Source: Nitrosopumilus sp. (GTDB lineage: Archaea; Thermoproteota; Nitrososphaeria; Nitrososphaerales; Nitrosopumilaceae). From it: DNA of 64,000 bases. Below are positions 54,631 to 64,000 of this stretch, piece after piece (within the stretch, counting starts at the first letter, position 1; each line of letters begins with the position of its first letter). The notes under the pieces were generated by a model. The model was not told where the DNA came from, ran no database searches, and worked only from the letters and a program-made list of their open reading frames with translations. The DNA is taken from the NCBI GenBank assembly GCA_965238275.1, contig OZ250186.1, positions 1,632,001 through 1,696,000 of the forward strand, in the 5' to 3' direction. Made by a program: the position numbers and the translations under genes.

Positions 54631-55123
54631 GGATGCGGCCTCGCGCGTGGCCGGCTCCCCGCCAGGCTCGTCAGGCACGGGCATCTGGCGTCCGGGCGTT
54701 CCCTCCAGTACCTGACGAGCCTGGGCACGCACGCGGCCGCTGCCTGTCTGGAAAAAACTAAATTCATCCGTCTCCAATACTATTAGATGATCTGTGCTGC
54801 ATGCGAGACGAGAAGACACTTTGAATGCATTGACTGCCTGAACAGCCACAAGACCTACCTGTGTTCCTGTGTCTGCCATGACGAGAACACGAAACCCCAT
54901 CCGGTCGGACGTTCCCACTGATTCCCGGCCCCATACGCCTTCCAGGCAGTTGAGGCCAGTCGGGACGCAGCGCAGCCCATGCCCAGACTGTGCCTGTAAT
55001 GGCGCCAAAGGCACGCGGGAATCTGGAGGGCCGGACGGCGACTGCCTGATGATCCCCCACGCTTGCCAGTCGCTTGCCAATACCCAAGATTCATAAATCA
55101 AAACAACACCCTAACCTCAAACT

Positions 55124-56848
55124 ATGGAACCATCCATGAAGACGATCGGTACCCTAGAGTACGTTCTTGACAGGTACTCCAAGGTGTGGAGCTGGAAGAT
55201 TACAGGCGATCGGGCTGTAAACATGATTGCAAGGCTGGTTCCTGAGGCGTGGTACGGCGAGAGCGCAGGCGAGGTGATAGTGCCTGACAGCACCGAAAAC
55301 GTCAGGCATCTCAAGCTCATCCTGGACCGATACCCGCTTGCGATCCTCTCAAAGTCAGTCTGGCAGAGGAAGATAATAAAGACCATAAAGCCCAAGCCCG
55401 TTGCGCCGTCTCCCCGGTACAACCTCAGCCGTGCAAAACCTGGCCCGCAGTTTCGGGGCAGCCTGCTGAACTTTCAAAAGGAGGGCCTGGATTTCCTGAT
55501 AAAGTCCTCAGGCAACGCACTGCTGGCAGACGAGATGGGCCTTGGCAAGACCGTCCAGACCCTGGCATATGCTGCCACGGAAAAACAGACGTTTCCCATA
55601 CTCGTGGTGGCCCCGCTGGTAACCCTGACCAACTGGGAGCGGGAGATTGAAAAGTTTCTCAAAAAGAAGAGCAGAAACGGCAGGATACAGGAATCCCGTT
55701 CTCCCAGCGTCACGACTATCCGCACAGGAAAGTCCGAGAATCTGCCAAAGACTGACATTTACCTGATAAACTACGACCTGCTCTTCAAGCGGTGCGGCGA
55801 CATAGCCCGACTTGGAATCCGGACCATAGTGTGCGACGAGGTGCACAACCTGAGATCCAAGACGACCCAGAAGTACAAGGCAGTCAAAAAGCTTGCAGCC
55901 CTGCCCTCCGTACTGTACAGGATAGGCCTGTCAGGAACCCCAATCTATAACCGCGGCTCGGAGATATGGCCGATCATCGACATAATACGGCCCGGCCTGC
56001 TTGGAAGCTTCAAGGAGTTTTGCGAATATTTCTGCTACGTGAATGAAAAGGGCAGGGCGATAGTACTTGAGAACAAGCGCGCCTCGCTCCGAAACGAGCT
56101 GCAAAAGCACGTCATGCTTCGGAGAAAAAAATCCGACGTCCTCAAGGAGCTCAAGGACAAGGTACGCTACAAGGAGATCATAGCATCTGACACCGAGTAC
56201 TACCTTGAGGAGCTGGACAAGATATGGAAGAACCTTGAAGAGGAGCAAAAGAAGGCAGACACCGAGTTTTCAAAGTCCGCATCATACTACCGGGCGATTC
56301 AGAGCGAGCGGCAGATAGCAGGAGTCGCAAAGCTTCCCCACGTGATAAACTTTGTCAAGAACATCATGGAAATTGAGGAGAGCGTGGTGGTGTTCTGCCA
56401 CCACAGGCTGATACACCGGCTCCTCCATGAGAACCTGCACGAGTTCTCGCCGGTCTCGATCATCGGGGGGCAGTCAGACACAGATAGGCAGGCCAGCATA
56501 GACAGGTTCCAAAACGGCGCATCAAAGCTGATGATTGCAGGAATCCGGGCCGGAAACGTGGGAATCAACCTGACCCAGGCAAAGTACGTAATCTTTGCCG
56601 AGCTTGACTGGAGTCCTGCAATCCACAGGCAGGCCGAAGACAGGCTTCACAGGATAGGCCAGAAGAACACCGTATTTGCATACTATCTCATCGGAAGCGG
56701 CACCCTCGACGACCACGTGGCCGACGTGCTTGTCGACAAGACGTACGAGATTGACGAGATCATGGACGAATCCACCGAGAGCTTTGAGAACAAGGAAAAG
56801 GCCGAACTCATACTGGCGCAGATCCAGGACCGGATCTACTCCAAGTAG
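55124..56848 (+). CDS. SNF2-family helicase/ATPase
   Basis: LADEMGLGKT, DEVH, SGTP..N, QAEDR.HRIGQ. Confidence 0.95.
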   Translation: MEPSMKTIGTLEYVLDRYSKVWSWKITGDRAVNMIARLVPEAWYGESAGEVIVPDSTENVRHLKLILDRYPLAILSKSVWQRKIIKTIKPKPVAPSPRYNLSRAKPGPQFRGSLLNFQKEGLDFLIKSSGNALLADEMGLGKTVQTLAYAATEKQTFPILVVAPLVTLTNWEREIEKFLKKKSRNGRIQESRSPSVTTIRTGKSENLPKTDIYLINYDLLFKRCGDIARLGIRTIVCDEVHNLRSKTTQKYKAVKKLAALPSVLYRIGLSGTPIYNRGSEIWPIIDIIRPGLLGSFKEFCEYFCYVNEKGRAIVLENKRASLRNELQKHVMLRRKKSDVLKELKDKVRYKEIIASDTEYYLEELDKIWKNLEEEQKKADTEFSKSASYYRAIQSERQIAGVAKLPHVINFVKNIMEIEESVVVFCHHRLIHRLLHENLHEFSPVSIIGGQSDTDRQASIDRFQNGASKLMIAGIRAGNVGINLTQAKYVIFAELDWSPAIHRQAEDRLHRIGQKNTVFAYYLIGSGTLDDHVADVLVDKTYEIDEIMDESTESFENKEKAELILAQIQDRIYSK

Positions 56849-56851
56849 ATC

Positions 56852-57490
56852 TCAGACCCCGATCCTCTTCTTCAGCGCGGCGATCCTTTCTGTGATTTTG
56901 TCCTTTTCTGCCTGGCTCATTGCAGCCCCTGAGACTGCCGCCTGAATCTCATCGATTATGGCCGTGGCCTCGCCTCCCCCGGATCCCGCATCGCCAGGCC
57001 CCGCCTCCCCAAAGCCCTCCGACTCTGTCCTGTCTATCCTCTGTACCCCGTCGGGAAGTATCTCGTACATCCTGAGCAGGCTCCCCTCCCGCCTCTGCGG
57101 GGACATCAGCACGTACTGCTTCCTTCTCAGTCCCTCCATGACCGGCTCAAGCCTGTCCTGGCCGACTCTGAGTATCTCTGCTACCTGCGCCATGCTGCAC
57201 GACTTTATCTGAAGCAGGCGCAGCACCCTTGCCCATACCGGAACCTCTGATGCCCACAGTATCGTCCTTGCCTGCCTTGTGATTGAAAACGTCCTGTCTT
57301 GGTTGAGTGATATCATGTCCCTGTCCTTGAGCGATGCCAGCGCATCCAGAATCCTTCCCACCCCGAGCCTCTTCAGGCTGGAGCGTTCCAGGTCGTTTTC
57401 ATTAAACGTGCCGCCGCGGCTCACTGCAAGATGCAGAATCTCCAGATCCGTGGTGCCAAGCCTTCTCATGGTGTGTGTGGTGGCGTGCAA
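56852..57490 (-). CDS. Hypothetical protein with tandem winged-HTH-like domains
   Basis: Helix/turn patterns followed by Y.I...G. Confidence 0.6.
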   Translation of the reverse strand: MHATTHTMRRLGTTDLEILHLAVSRGGTFNENDLERSSLKRLGVGRILDALASLKDRDMISLNQDRTFSITRQARTILWASEVPVWARVLRLLQIKSCSMAQVAEILRVGQDRLEPVMEGLRRKQYVLMSPQRREGSLLRMYEILPDGVQRIDRTESEGFGEAGPGDAGSGGGEATAIIDEIQAAVSGAAMSQAEKDKITERIAALKKRIGV

Positions 57491-57629
57491 GATTTATCAT
57501 TCTTTCCACAGGCGGCATGGCATCCCAGAAGGCCTTTGAGGGACCCTACCTGCACCGGTATGGCATGGCCTGGTCCGGACGGGAATGATGCGTATTTGCG
57601 ATTATATGTGGTGCGGACCAATCTGGTGC

Positions 57630-58418
57630 ATGGTCCTCTACGAGCTTCCCAGACTGGCCTACGGGCATGACTGCCTGGAGCCGTTTGCAGATTCAGAGAC
57701 GCTGAGGATCCACCATGAAGTGTTCCATCAGGAATGCGTCGACGGGCTGAACCGCGCCCTGGATGAGATCGGCGGCGGGTCGCACCCAAAGCACATCTCG
57801 GCAATCCTGTCGGATCTGGGCTCCGTACCAGAATCCGCACGGGATGCGGTGCGTTTCTTTGGAGGCGGCTTTGAGAACCACAGGATGTTCTGGGACGTGC
57901 TGGATCGGCTCGCCCCAGCACGTAAGGCACAGGATGCTGCTGGCGGCGGCGGCTCCCCGGGCGGCCTGCTGGGGGATGCCATTGACGTCTACTTTGACGG
58001 CTTTGAAAACTTTCAAAACGCCTTTTCACAAAAGGCGTCCGGCATCGAAGGCAGCGGCTGGTGCTGGCTTGCGTTCAATCCCACATACAGCAGGATTGAG
58101 ATCATGACGACCCAAAACAATGACAGCCCCTGGATGTTCCAGAGGACACCCCTCCTGTGCCTTGATGTATGGGAGCATGCGTACCATTCCAGATACCCGG
58201 ACAGCATACCTGACTATGTGGATGCGTGGTGGGGTGCTGTCAACTGGGACTATGTGGAGAACAGGTTGAGCTCCGGACATGGCCACCACACCTCCTTGGG
58301 TACCAAAACACGCAAAACCGAGCAATCCGGACAGCTGGCCATGCCCACACCTCCCACCATTACGTCATGCATTTTGAAATGGCATTGTACCAATGAGCAC
58401 ACAAAGATTGCAACTTGA
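57630..58418 (+). CDS. sod: Fe/Mn superoxide dismutase, divergent and possibly damaged (internal foreign patch; C-terminus runs on past ~58270)
   Basis: YELP.L.Y, IHH, NH.MFW, GSGW.WL, DVWEHAY. Confidence 0.8.
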   Translation: MVLYELPRLAYGHDCLEPFADSETLRIHHEVFHQECVDGLNRALDEIGGGSHPKHISAILSDLGSVPESARDAVRFFGGGFENHRMFWDVLDRLAPARKAQDAAGGGGSPGGLLGDAIDVYFDGFENFQNAFSQKASGIEGSGWCWLAFNPTYSRIEIMTTQNNDSPWMFQRTPLLCLDVWEHAYHSRYPDSIPDYVDAWWGAVNWDYVENRLSSGHGHHTSLGTKTRKTEQSGQLAMPTPPTITSCILKWHCTNEHTKIAT

Positions 58419-58897
58419 AGCAAAGATTGTTCAACTTGCAGGCGCGCATGGCCAGAACAACTCACGTGCGCCACACAATCCTGGCAGTCCGGATGATGCC
58501 GGCAATTCCAAACCATACCAGGACAAACGAAGCTACAACGTAAGGGAATTCACCGGATACCCAACGGATTGCAGACGAGCAGACATGCCGCGACTGATCC
58601 CACAGGCACCTACTCCCGTGAGACCCAGGACCTAAATGCCGTACCCAGCAGACTGCGCAGGTCGGGGGCCCGGCGGAATCAATGGCCCACCCTGTGGGGG
58701 CAGACAGGTTTGAACCCCTGTACGACGATGTGTAATGGATTTCATGCTTGCCACGAAGCCATAGCACTCAAGGGAGCTTATCGTACCACAACAATTCCAG
58801 CGAACCTGAGAGGTTCTGCAGGGCGCGCAAGATCCATTCTGGTACCAAGACACGCAAAACCCCAATACCTAAATCCCGGCCAAACCCTGTATGTGTA

Positions 58898-59148
58898 ATG
58901 GATTTCATGCTTGAAAGGAGCTTATCGACCTGATGACATTCTGCCTGCAGAACCCCGACTCGCCAGATGTTGCACAAAAACACCTGCGCATTACCGAGAT
59001 TGGCAGGGAGCTGTACGACGACGGGGGTGTTGACGCCCTTGAGAACTTTGCCTTCGTCTTAAAGAACAGGATCACGCAGGAGATAGGACTGGATCCCTCC
59101 CCGATGCGCCGGCTGTGGAACGGATTTACAGACGAGTGGAAACACTAG
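58898..59148 (+). pseudogene. Small hypothetical gene with apparent 1-bp frameshift near 58915
   Basis: ATG GAT TTC ATG CTT GAA then shifted ELIDLMTFCLQNP...; ORF track sees only 58933-59148. Confidence 0.55.
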
Positions 59149-59277
59149 CATTATTGGATTGAAGCGCCTGCAGCAGACGGCACCCAAATTTACCCCGGTT
59201 TGTCCCCCGCGGTTCTGGCATGAAAAATCCCTGAAAACGTGGCGGTTGCTTTTGTATTGTGATTTGTATCAATTGGC

Positions 59278-59382
59278 ATGAGTGACGAATCTGATGAAAT
59301 CGATAAAAAAAAGATAAAAGAGGAAGCCAGAGACTTTATCAAGAAAAATAAGGCAGTCTTTGATCGTTTGGCCGAAATTTGA
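59278..59382 (+). CDS. 34-aa peptide MSDESDEIDKKKIKEEARDFIKKNKAVFDRLAEI, similar to 19350-19460
   Basis: Hand translation; AT-rich; shared I.KNK.VF..L.E. C-terminus. Confidence 0.6.
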   Translation: MSDESDEIDKKKIKEEARDFIKKNKAVFDRLAEI

Positions 59383-59978
59383 TCACGATTGCCACACCAA
59401 CTGCACTACTGCATGAGATCATGCAGAAAATCCATATCTAAAAATGCCCTGAAAAATAAATTTGCGACGCTGGGCCGCAGGGGGCGCTCGGCAAATTTTC
59501 CAGAAAATAGGATTGGTTCCATTCCGGCTGCGGAATGGATTTACAGGCAAATAAAAATGCCCGGGTGTTATCCGCTGCCGATTCTAAAGATTGCAGTGCT
59601 ACATGCAGGACAGGTACCCTTGACTGCCGGCCTTCCATTCTTCATGGTATACGGCCTGGCACTACTCATGCTACGCTTATCCCGACATTTGACACAATAT
59701 CCAATTGTCATGGTTAAAGGGCGCCTGCAGCGCTATTAGCGCCTCATGTTGATTTTTTTTTACCAACAGACAAGCTTTGGATGCAAGTTACCGGCGCGGC
59801 CAGACTCGCCTCGGGGCATTTGGCACCATCTGCGCGCAATCAGGATCAAGCCCCGCAATGCCATCATGCACAATCCCTGCGTAAAAGAGGCTGCCGCGCC
59901 TCCGTCCAGGTATCGTTCTGCCGCCCCGCTCCTGAACCGCCTGGAGCAGCAGCAGCAGTCGCCGCCGCCGCCCCCTGC

Positions 59979-61406
59979 CTACGCCGTGACTATCTTGCCG
60001 GGGTTGAGTATGCCCTTGGGATCAAACAGCCTCTTTGCGTCTGCAAACGCCTGGCAGTTTCTTTTGCCGTACTGCATCCTGACGAATCCGGAGCGCGCCA
60101 GCCCGTCCCCGTGCTCTGCAGACATGGTCCCCCCAAGCCGGACAATCTCACCGAAATACTCCCCTGCAATGTCCTGGACTGACCCGATGTCACCCTCAGA
60201 CACCAGGCGGACATGGATGTTTGCATCCCCTGCATGCCCGTACGTGATGGTGCGGGTATGATGCCTTTTGTTGATTCCCTCGAGTGCGGCAAACAGGTCC
60301 TGCAGCCTCTCGGGGGGAACTGCTGCATCCTCGATGATGTGTGGGATCCTGTGCGTCTTTCCTGCATCCTTTAGGCTGTAGTGGAGCGCCGAGCCCCTGT
60401 ACCTCTGCCATCTGAGGATCTCCGCACCGTCCTCTGTCCGCGCAACAACCCTGCTGCCTGCAGTCTCCTCTGGCTCTGCATGCCCTTCCTCATCGTACTC
60501 TACAAACAGCAGGCACTCCGTGGAATGATCAATTCCGGCATCACCAATGTGTTCAAGTATCGCCCTGTCCACAAACTCGATTGCCGCCGGGCCCGTCCTG
60601 CGAATGACGCTGCAGTCCTGCAGTGCGGCGCGGATGGAACCATACCCCATCACGACAAGGAGCCGGTACTCCGGGATGTCGCGTGTCTTGAGTTCTGCTG
60701 ACGTGACTATCCCAAGCGTCCCCTCCGAGCCGATGAGAACCCTGTGGGAGTCCCCGACTGTTCTTACTGCATCCAGCCTGTACCCTGAGGCGTTCTTTGT
60801 CACCCGGGGGAACCTGTCCCTCTGAATCCCCGATGCTATCCCAAGAACGCTCCGCCCCACATCCTCGTCATCCGGAAGCGTTATCCTGTTGCCCCTCCCG
60901 TCGATGAACGTAATCCGGGTAACGTTGTCAATCGTGCTGCCGTACTTGAGGCTCCTGCTTCCGCCCGCATTGCACCCGATCATCCCCCCTATGGAGCAGA
61001 ATGCCCCGACTGACGGGTTTGGGGCAAAGAATCTTCCCTGGCCCTCCAGAACCATCCCGAGGCGTCCGATGGTGGTTCCTGCGCCCACGCCGACTATGCC
61101 CGAGCCGATTTTGTCAGGATCGATCCCGTCAATGTTTTTCATGTCAAGTATGATCCCCCTGTTCAGCGCGTTTCCAACGAGTCCGGTTCCCGCCCCGCGC
61201 ACGGTTACCGGCAGGTTTGATTCTGCTGCCACATTCACCGTCCCGATAATGTCGTCCTCGTCCCTTGGAATGACCACTACGTCTGGAACCACCCGGTACA
61301 TGCTTGCATCGACCGAGTACAAATTCATCATCTCGTCTCGCACCAGCACGTCTCCGCGGACCGCCCTCTCAAGCGCCCTGGCCGCCGTCCTCCTACTCCC
61401 CTTCAT
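59979..61406 (-). CDS. FAD-linked oxidoreductase (GlcD/D-lactate dehydrogenase family)
   Basis: RGAGTGL.G, GGM...NAGG, GSEGTLG, GHAGD.N.H, AEHGDG, DP.GILNPGK. Confidence 0.9.
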   Translation of the reverse strand: MKGSRRTAARALERAVRGDVLVRDEMMNLYSVDASMYRVVPDVVVIPRDEDDIIGTVNVAAESNLPVTVRGAGTGLVGNALNRGIILDMKNIDGIDPDKIGSGIVGVGAGTTIGRLGMVLEGQGRFFAPNPSVGAFCSIGGMIGCNAGGSRSLKYGSTIDNVTRITFIDGRGNRITLPDDEDVGRSVLGIASGIQRDRFPRVTKNASGYRLDAVRTVGDSHRVLIGSEGTLGIVTSAELKTRDIPEYRLLVVMGYGSIRAALQDCSVIRRTGPAAIEFVDRAILEHIGDAGIDHSTECLLFVEYDEEGHAEPEETAGSRVVARTEDGAEILRWQRYRGSALHYSLKDAGKTHRIPHIIEDAAVPPERLQDLFAALEGINKRHHTRTITYGHAGDANIHVRLVSEGDIGSVQDIAGEYFGEIVRLGGTMSAEHGDGLARSGFVRMQYGKRNCQAFADAKRLFDPKGILNPGKIVTA

Positions 61407-61415
61407 GTATTCCCC

Positions 61416-62729
61416 CTAGACCCTGACTCGATAATAGTCCCATCTTTCCGGATCACAATACCGGACAAACTCTGCATTCTCCTTTTCCATCCTGGCCTGG
61501 ATCACGTCGCGCAGCGCAAAACTTGTCAGGTACTGGTATTTTTTGGAATGGGCCTGCATGATGAACAGGTGCCTCATCTCGCTTCCGCCCCTGAGGCCCC
61601 AGTATCCCATCTTGAGCACCAGCGGTTCCAGGAATACGGTGTTTCCGCGGCCGCGGTTTTCGTCTGCTATGTCTTCTCGAATCTGGTACCTCTCCAGCGG
61701 GCCGCCCTTTGCAAACCCCACGATCACGCCGTTTTTGTCATTGAGCCTCAGGGTGTTCAGGATGGTCCGGGAATCCATGACCGACTCGCCGAACCTGTCC
61801 TTTTCAAACTGCAGCGGCGTCGGAATCTCCTTGAATATGTCGTAAAGCGTCTTGATAAAGTTCGGATCCCTCCTCGTGCTCATCATCTCTATGGTGGGCA
61901 CAAGCTTGAGGTTCTCGTAGGTGTGGTCTGCCTGTATTAGAATCTCCTGCTCCCTTATCTTCATAAATGACAGGACCGCGTTAAAAAAATTCTCCCTCAT
62001 GGCCTTCGGAAGGCATCTGAGAACGGCCTTCGTCATCCTCTTCTCCGTATCAAAGAGCTCCTCAAAGTATGCCACCGTATTCCTCACTATGAGCGAGGGC
62101 CTCATCGCGTTTGCATGCGCATTCATCTTGGCCCGCTCCATCGATCTTGTAAAGTCTCCCATCGCATACCCGCTGATCCTGTCTGCCACTGACAGGCACA
62201 TCCCCATGTCCATGACATACCTCCGTCTGTCCTCGGTGAGGTTCGATTTTTCAAAGCAACGCATTATCTGCTTTTCTGCATTGCTCTTCAACTCGCCCCT
62301 CCACGGGTACCCGGTTCTCAGAATCATCACCTTGATTATCTCAAAGTCGATTCCCGCGGCCTGCATCAACTCCTGCAGCCTCTCGTCAACGCCGATGAAC
62401 CTTATGACGCTGGCCTCGTGCGGCTTGTCTACGTTCTTTTGCGGGTCAAAGTCGTGCAGCAGGGCGGCAACATACATGTACTTTATGTCCTCCTCGTTTA
62501 TCCGAACCTCGTTTTGCTCAGTGGAGAGCAGCGAGACGTACGTTACCTCCAGCTCGTGGTTGATGTTGTGGTACCCGTAGTATCTCTTTCCCAGACCCCG
62601 GGTCTCAAACAGGTTGATGGTATAGTCCAGCATCTCCGTATAGCACTTGTCGTCGAGTCCCTTTCGTGCCATCATGTCGAGAATATCATCTCTCAGGGAC
62701 TGGGTGCTTGCAATCTGCTGCAATACCAC
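61416..62729 (-). CDS. HD-domain-containing protein
   Basis: YHN..H and AALLHD motifs. Confidence 0.8.
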   Translation of the reverse strand: MVLQQIASTQSLRDDILDMMARKGLDDKCYTEMLDYTINLFETRGLGKRYYGYHNINHELEVTYVSLLSTEQNEVRINEEDIKYMYVAALLHDFDPQKNVDKPHEASVIRFIGVDERLQELMQAAGIDFEIIKVMILRTGYPWRGELKSNAEKQIMRCFEKSNLTEDRRRYVMDMGMCLSVADRISGYAMGDFTRSMERAKMNAHANAMRPSLIVRNTVAYFEELFDTEKRMTKAVLRCLPKAMRENFFNAVLSFMKIREQEILIQADHTYENLKLVPTIEMMSTRRDPNFIKTLYDIFKEIPTPLQFEKDRFGESVMDSRTILNTLRLNDKNGVIVGFAKGGPLERYQIREDIADENRGRGNTVFLEPLVLKMGYWGLRGGSEMRHLFIMQAHSKKYQYLTSFALRDVIQARMEKENAEFVRYCDPERWDYYRVRV

Positions 62730-62797
62730 TATATCCCGATTGGCTCTTTTAAGCTCTCTGCTGCGGGGCTTGCATGATTCCGTGCTCTTGACTGGCC

Positions 62798-63460
62798 TTA
62801 CCTGAACTTGAATGTCTTGACGGCATGATCAAAATGGTGCAGGTTTTCATAGTACTCGTCAAGCTCGCTCCCGTATGATACCGAATACATGGTGGTGCCT
62901 GCGACAGTGATCGTCTCCACGGCCTTGATGGTCGGCAGGCCGGAGTCTTGCATGTCGTCGATCGTATATTCCATGGTTATGGCCGGCCTCCCGCCCAGCT
63001 CGCCCCACCTGCTGTCAAGGATCGTGACGTCTATGCCGTATTTTGTCTCGGATGCTGCCATTATGTCAAGCAGCGCGCCCTCGTATTCGTCTCGTACCAA
63101 ATCCGACTTTGCCGTGTGTATCATGATGTTGGCCGGAAAGACGCTGCCTGCAAGCGATTCGGGTTCGGCATACCCATAAAACTTGTTGTCGTGCACCCTG
63201 CCTCCGGTAGCCTCCCTGATTACCCCGTCAGTCTCCAAGTCAGACAACACGTTTGAGGGCCGGCTCTGCCAGTCGGCGGGCAGTTCAAGCTCGTACTTGT
63301 CGGCATGCAATACCTCGTAATCCCCCAGGGGCGTTTTGTAATCTAGAGCAACCCTGGCAATGGATCTGGAATCTGCCTGCTCGGCGTACATTATGCCGAA
63401 AACCACCGTCGTTACAGCCACGGCCGCAAGCGCACCCACGACCATCACGCGTTTCATCAC
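62798..63460 (-). CDS. Membrane-anchored/secreted PsbP/DcrB-like protein
   Basis: N-terminal TM, LPADW, LGG.PA...EY, F.H.VKTFKF. Confidence 0.6.
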   Translation of the reverse strand: MMKRVMVVGALAAVAVTTVVFGIMYAEQADSRSIARVALDYKTPLGDYEVLHADKYELELPADWQSRPSNVLSDLETDGVIREATGGRVHDNKFYGYAEPESLAGSVFPANIMIHTAKSDLVRDEYEGALLDIMAASETKYGIDVTILDSRWGELGGRPAITMEYTIDDMQDSGLPTIKAVETITVAGTTMYSVSYGSELDEYYENLHHFDHAVKTFKFR

Positions 63461-63662
63461 GCGTCGTGATAAAGCCCCGCATTAAAAATCATTAGAGCGC
63501 AATCCCGGACCCTCGGGTCCCCCTGCCGGCATGCCGGCCCTGCCGTCAAAGATTCATGCCCGACGCCACCGTGTGCACGGATAAAAACGGGGCGATGGCT
63601 GCCATGGATGGGCGGCACCGTGGAATTTTGCGCATGATTCTGCCAGTCCCAAATTCTGCTTA

Positions 63663-64000
63663 TCAGGCAATCAGGGATATGGCAAGCCATGCAACATAGA
63701 CTGCCACGAACACGGCCCCCCAGGTACGTGGCATCTTCCCCAATATTGTTGCGGCAACAAACACGATGGTAAATGCCGCGGCAATGCCAAGATCCCACGA
63801 GACGCCGGGTCCTGCGGCAAGTCCGCCTGAAAGAAGTGCCGCTGCTCCGCCAATCAGCAGGATGTTTGCGATGTTGGATCCTATGACGTTGCCAAGGCCG
63901 ATGCCGTACTCTTTTTTCTTGACGGCCATCACCGTCGTGACTAGTTCCGGGAGGGACGTGCCGATTGCTATGACTGTTATCCCAATGGTGTGATCCGACA
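63663..64000 (-). CDS. Na+/Ca2+ exchanger (CaCA) family, C-terminal part (cut by window edge)
   Basis: AIGTSLPEL and GNVIGSNIAN alpha-repeat. Confidence 0.9.
   Translation of the reverse strand, partial: SDHTIGITVIAIGTSLPELVTTVMAVKKKEYGIGLGNVIGSNIANILLIGGAAALLSGGLAAGPGVSWDLGIAAAFTIVFVAATILGKMPRTWGAVFVAVYVAWLAISLIA

Overview
Archaeal chromosomal window, most consistent with an ammonia-oxidising Nitrososphaerota (Thaumarchaeota, Nitrosopumilaceae-like) genome. This rests on CdvA, FEN1, proteasome beta, DRG GTPase, Thi4, long ThyX, TrmI and an S-layer-type protein. High GC, many IS elements, pseudogenes and microsatellites suggest a host-associated lineage such as a sponge symbiont (inference). 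Housekeeping genes are interrupted by IS66, IS5-like, IS630, IS6 and IS3 elements or fragments; several have terminal inverted repeats (IRs) and target-site duplications (TSDs) readable by eye. Main hidden structures: (1) a Doc/Fic toxin gene with a long C-terminal extension that can be rebuilt across two IS insertions, coupled to an unannotated 36-aa putative mini-antitoxin with a 34-aa look-alike 40 kb away; (2) short exact or noisy patches copied between loci, including 38 bp of IS66 transposase inside a SOD gene, which are either templated insertions or consensus artefacts from a mixed population; (3) a non-autonomous IS6 derivative keeping an intact AbrB-like passenger gene; (4) a membrane-anchored TIMP/NTR-like protein. 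One tRNA-Ser(CGA). No CRISPR array or rRNA seen. All family calls come from motif recognition, not database searches.
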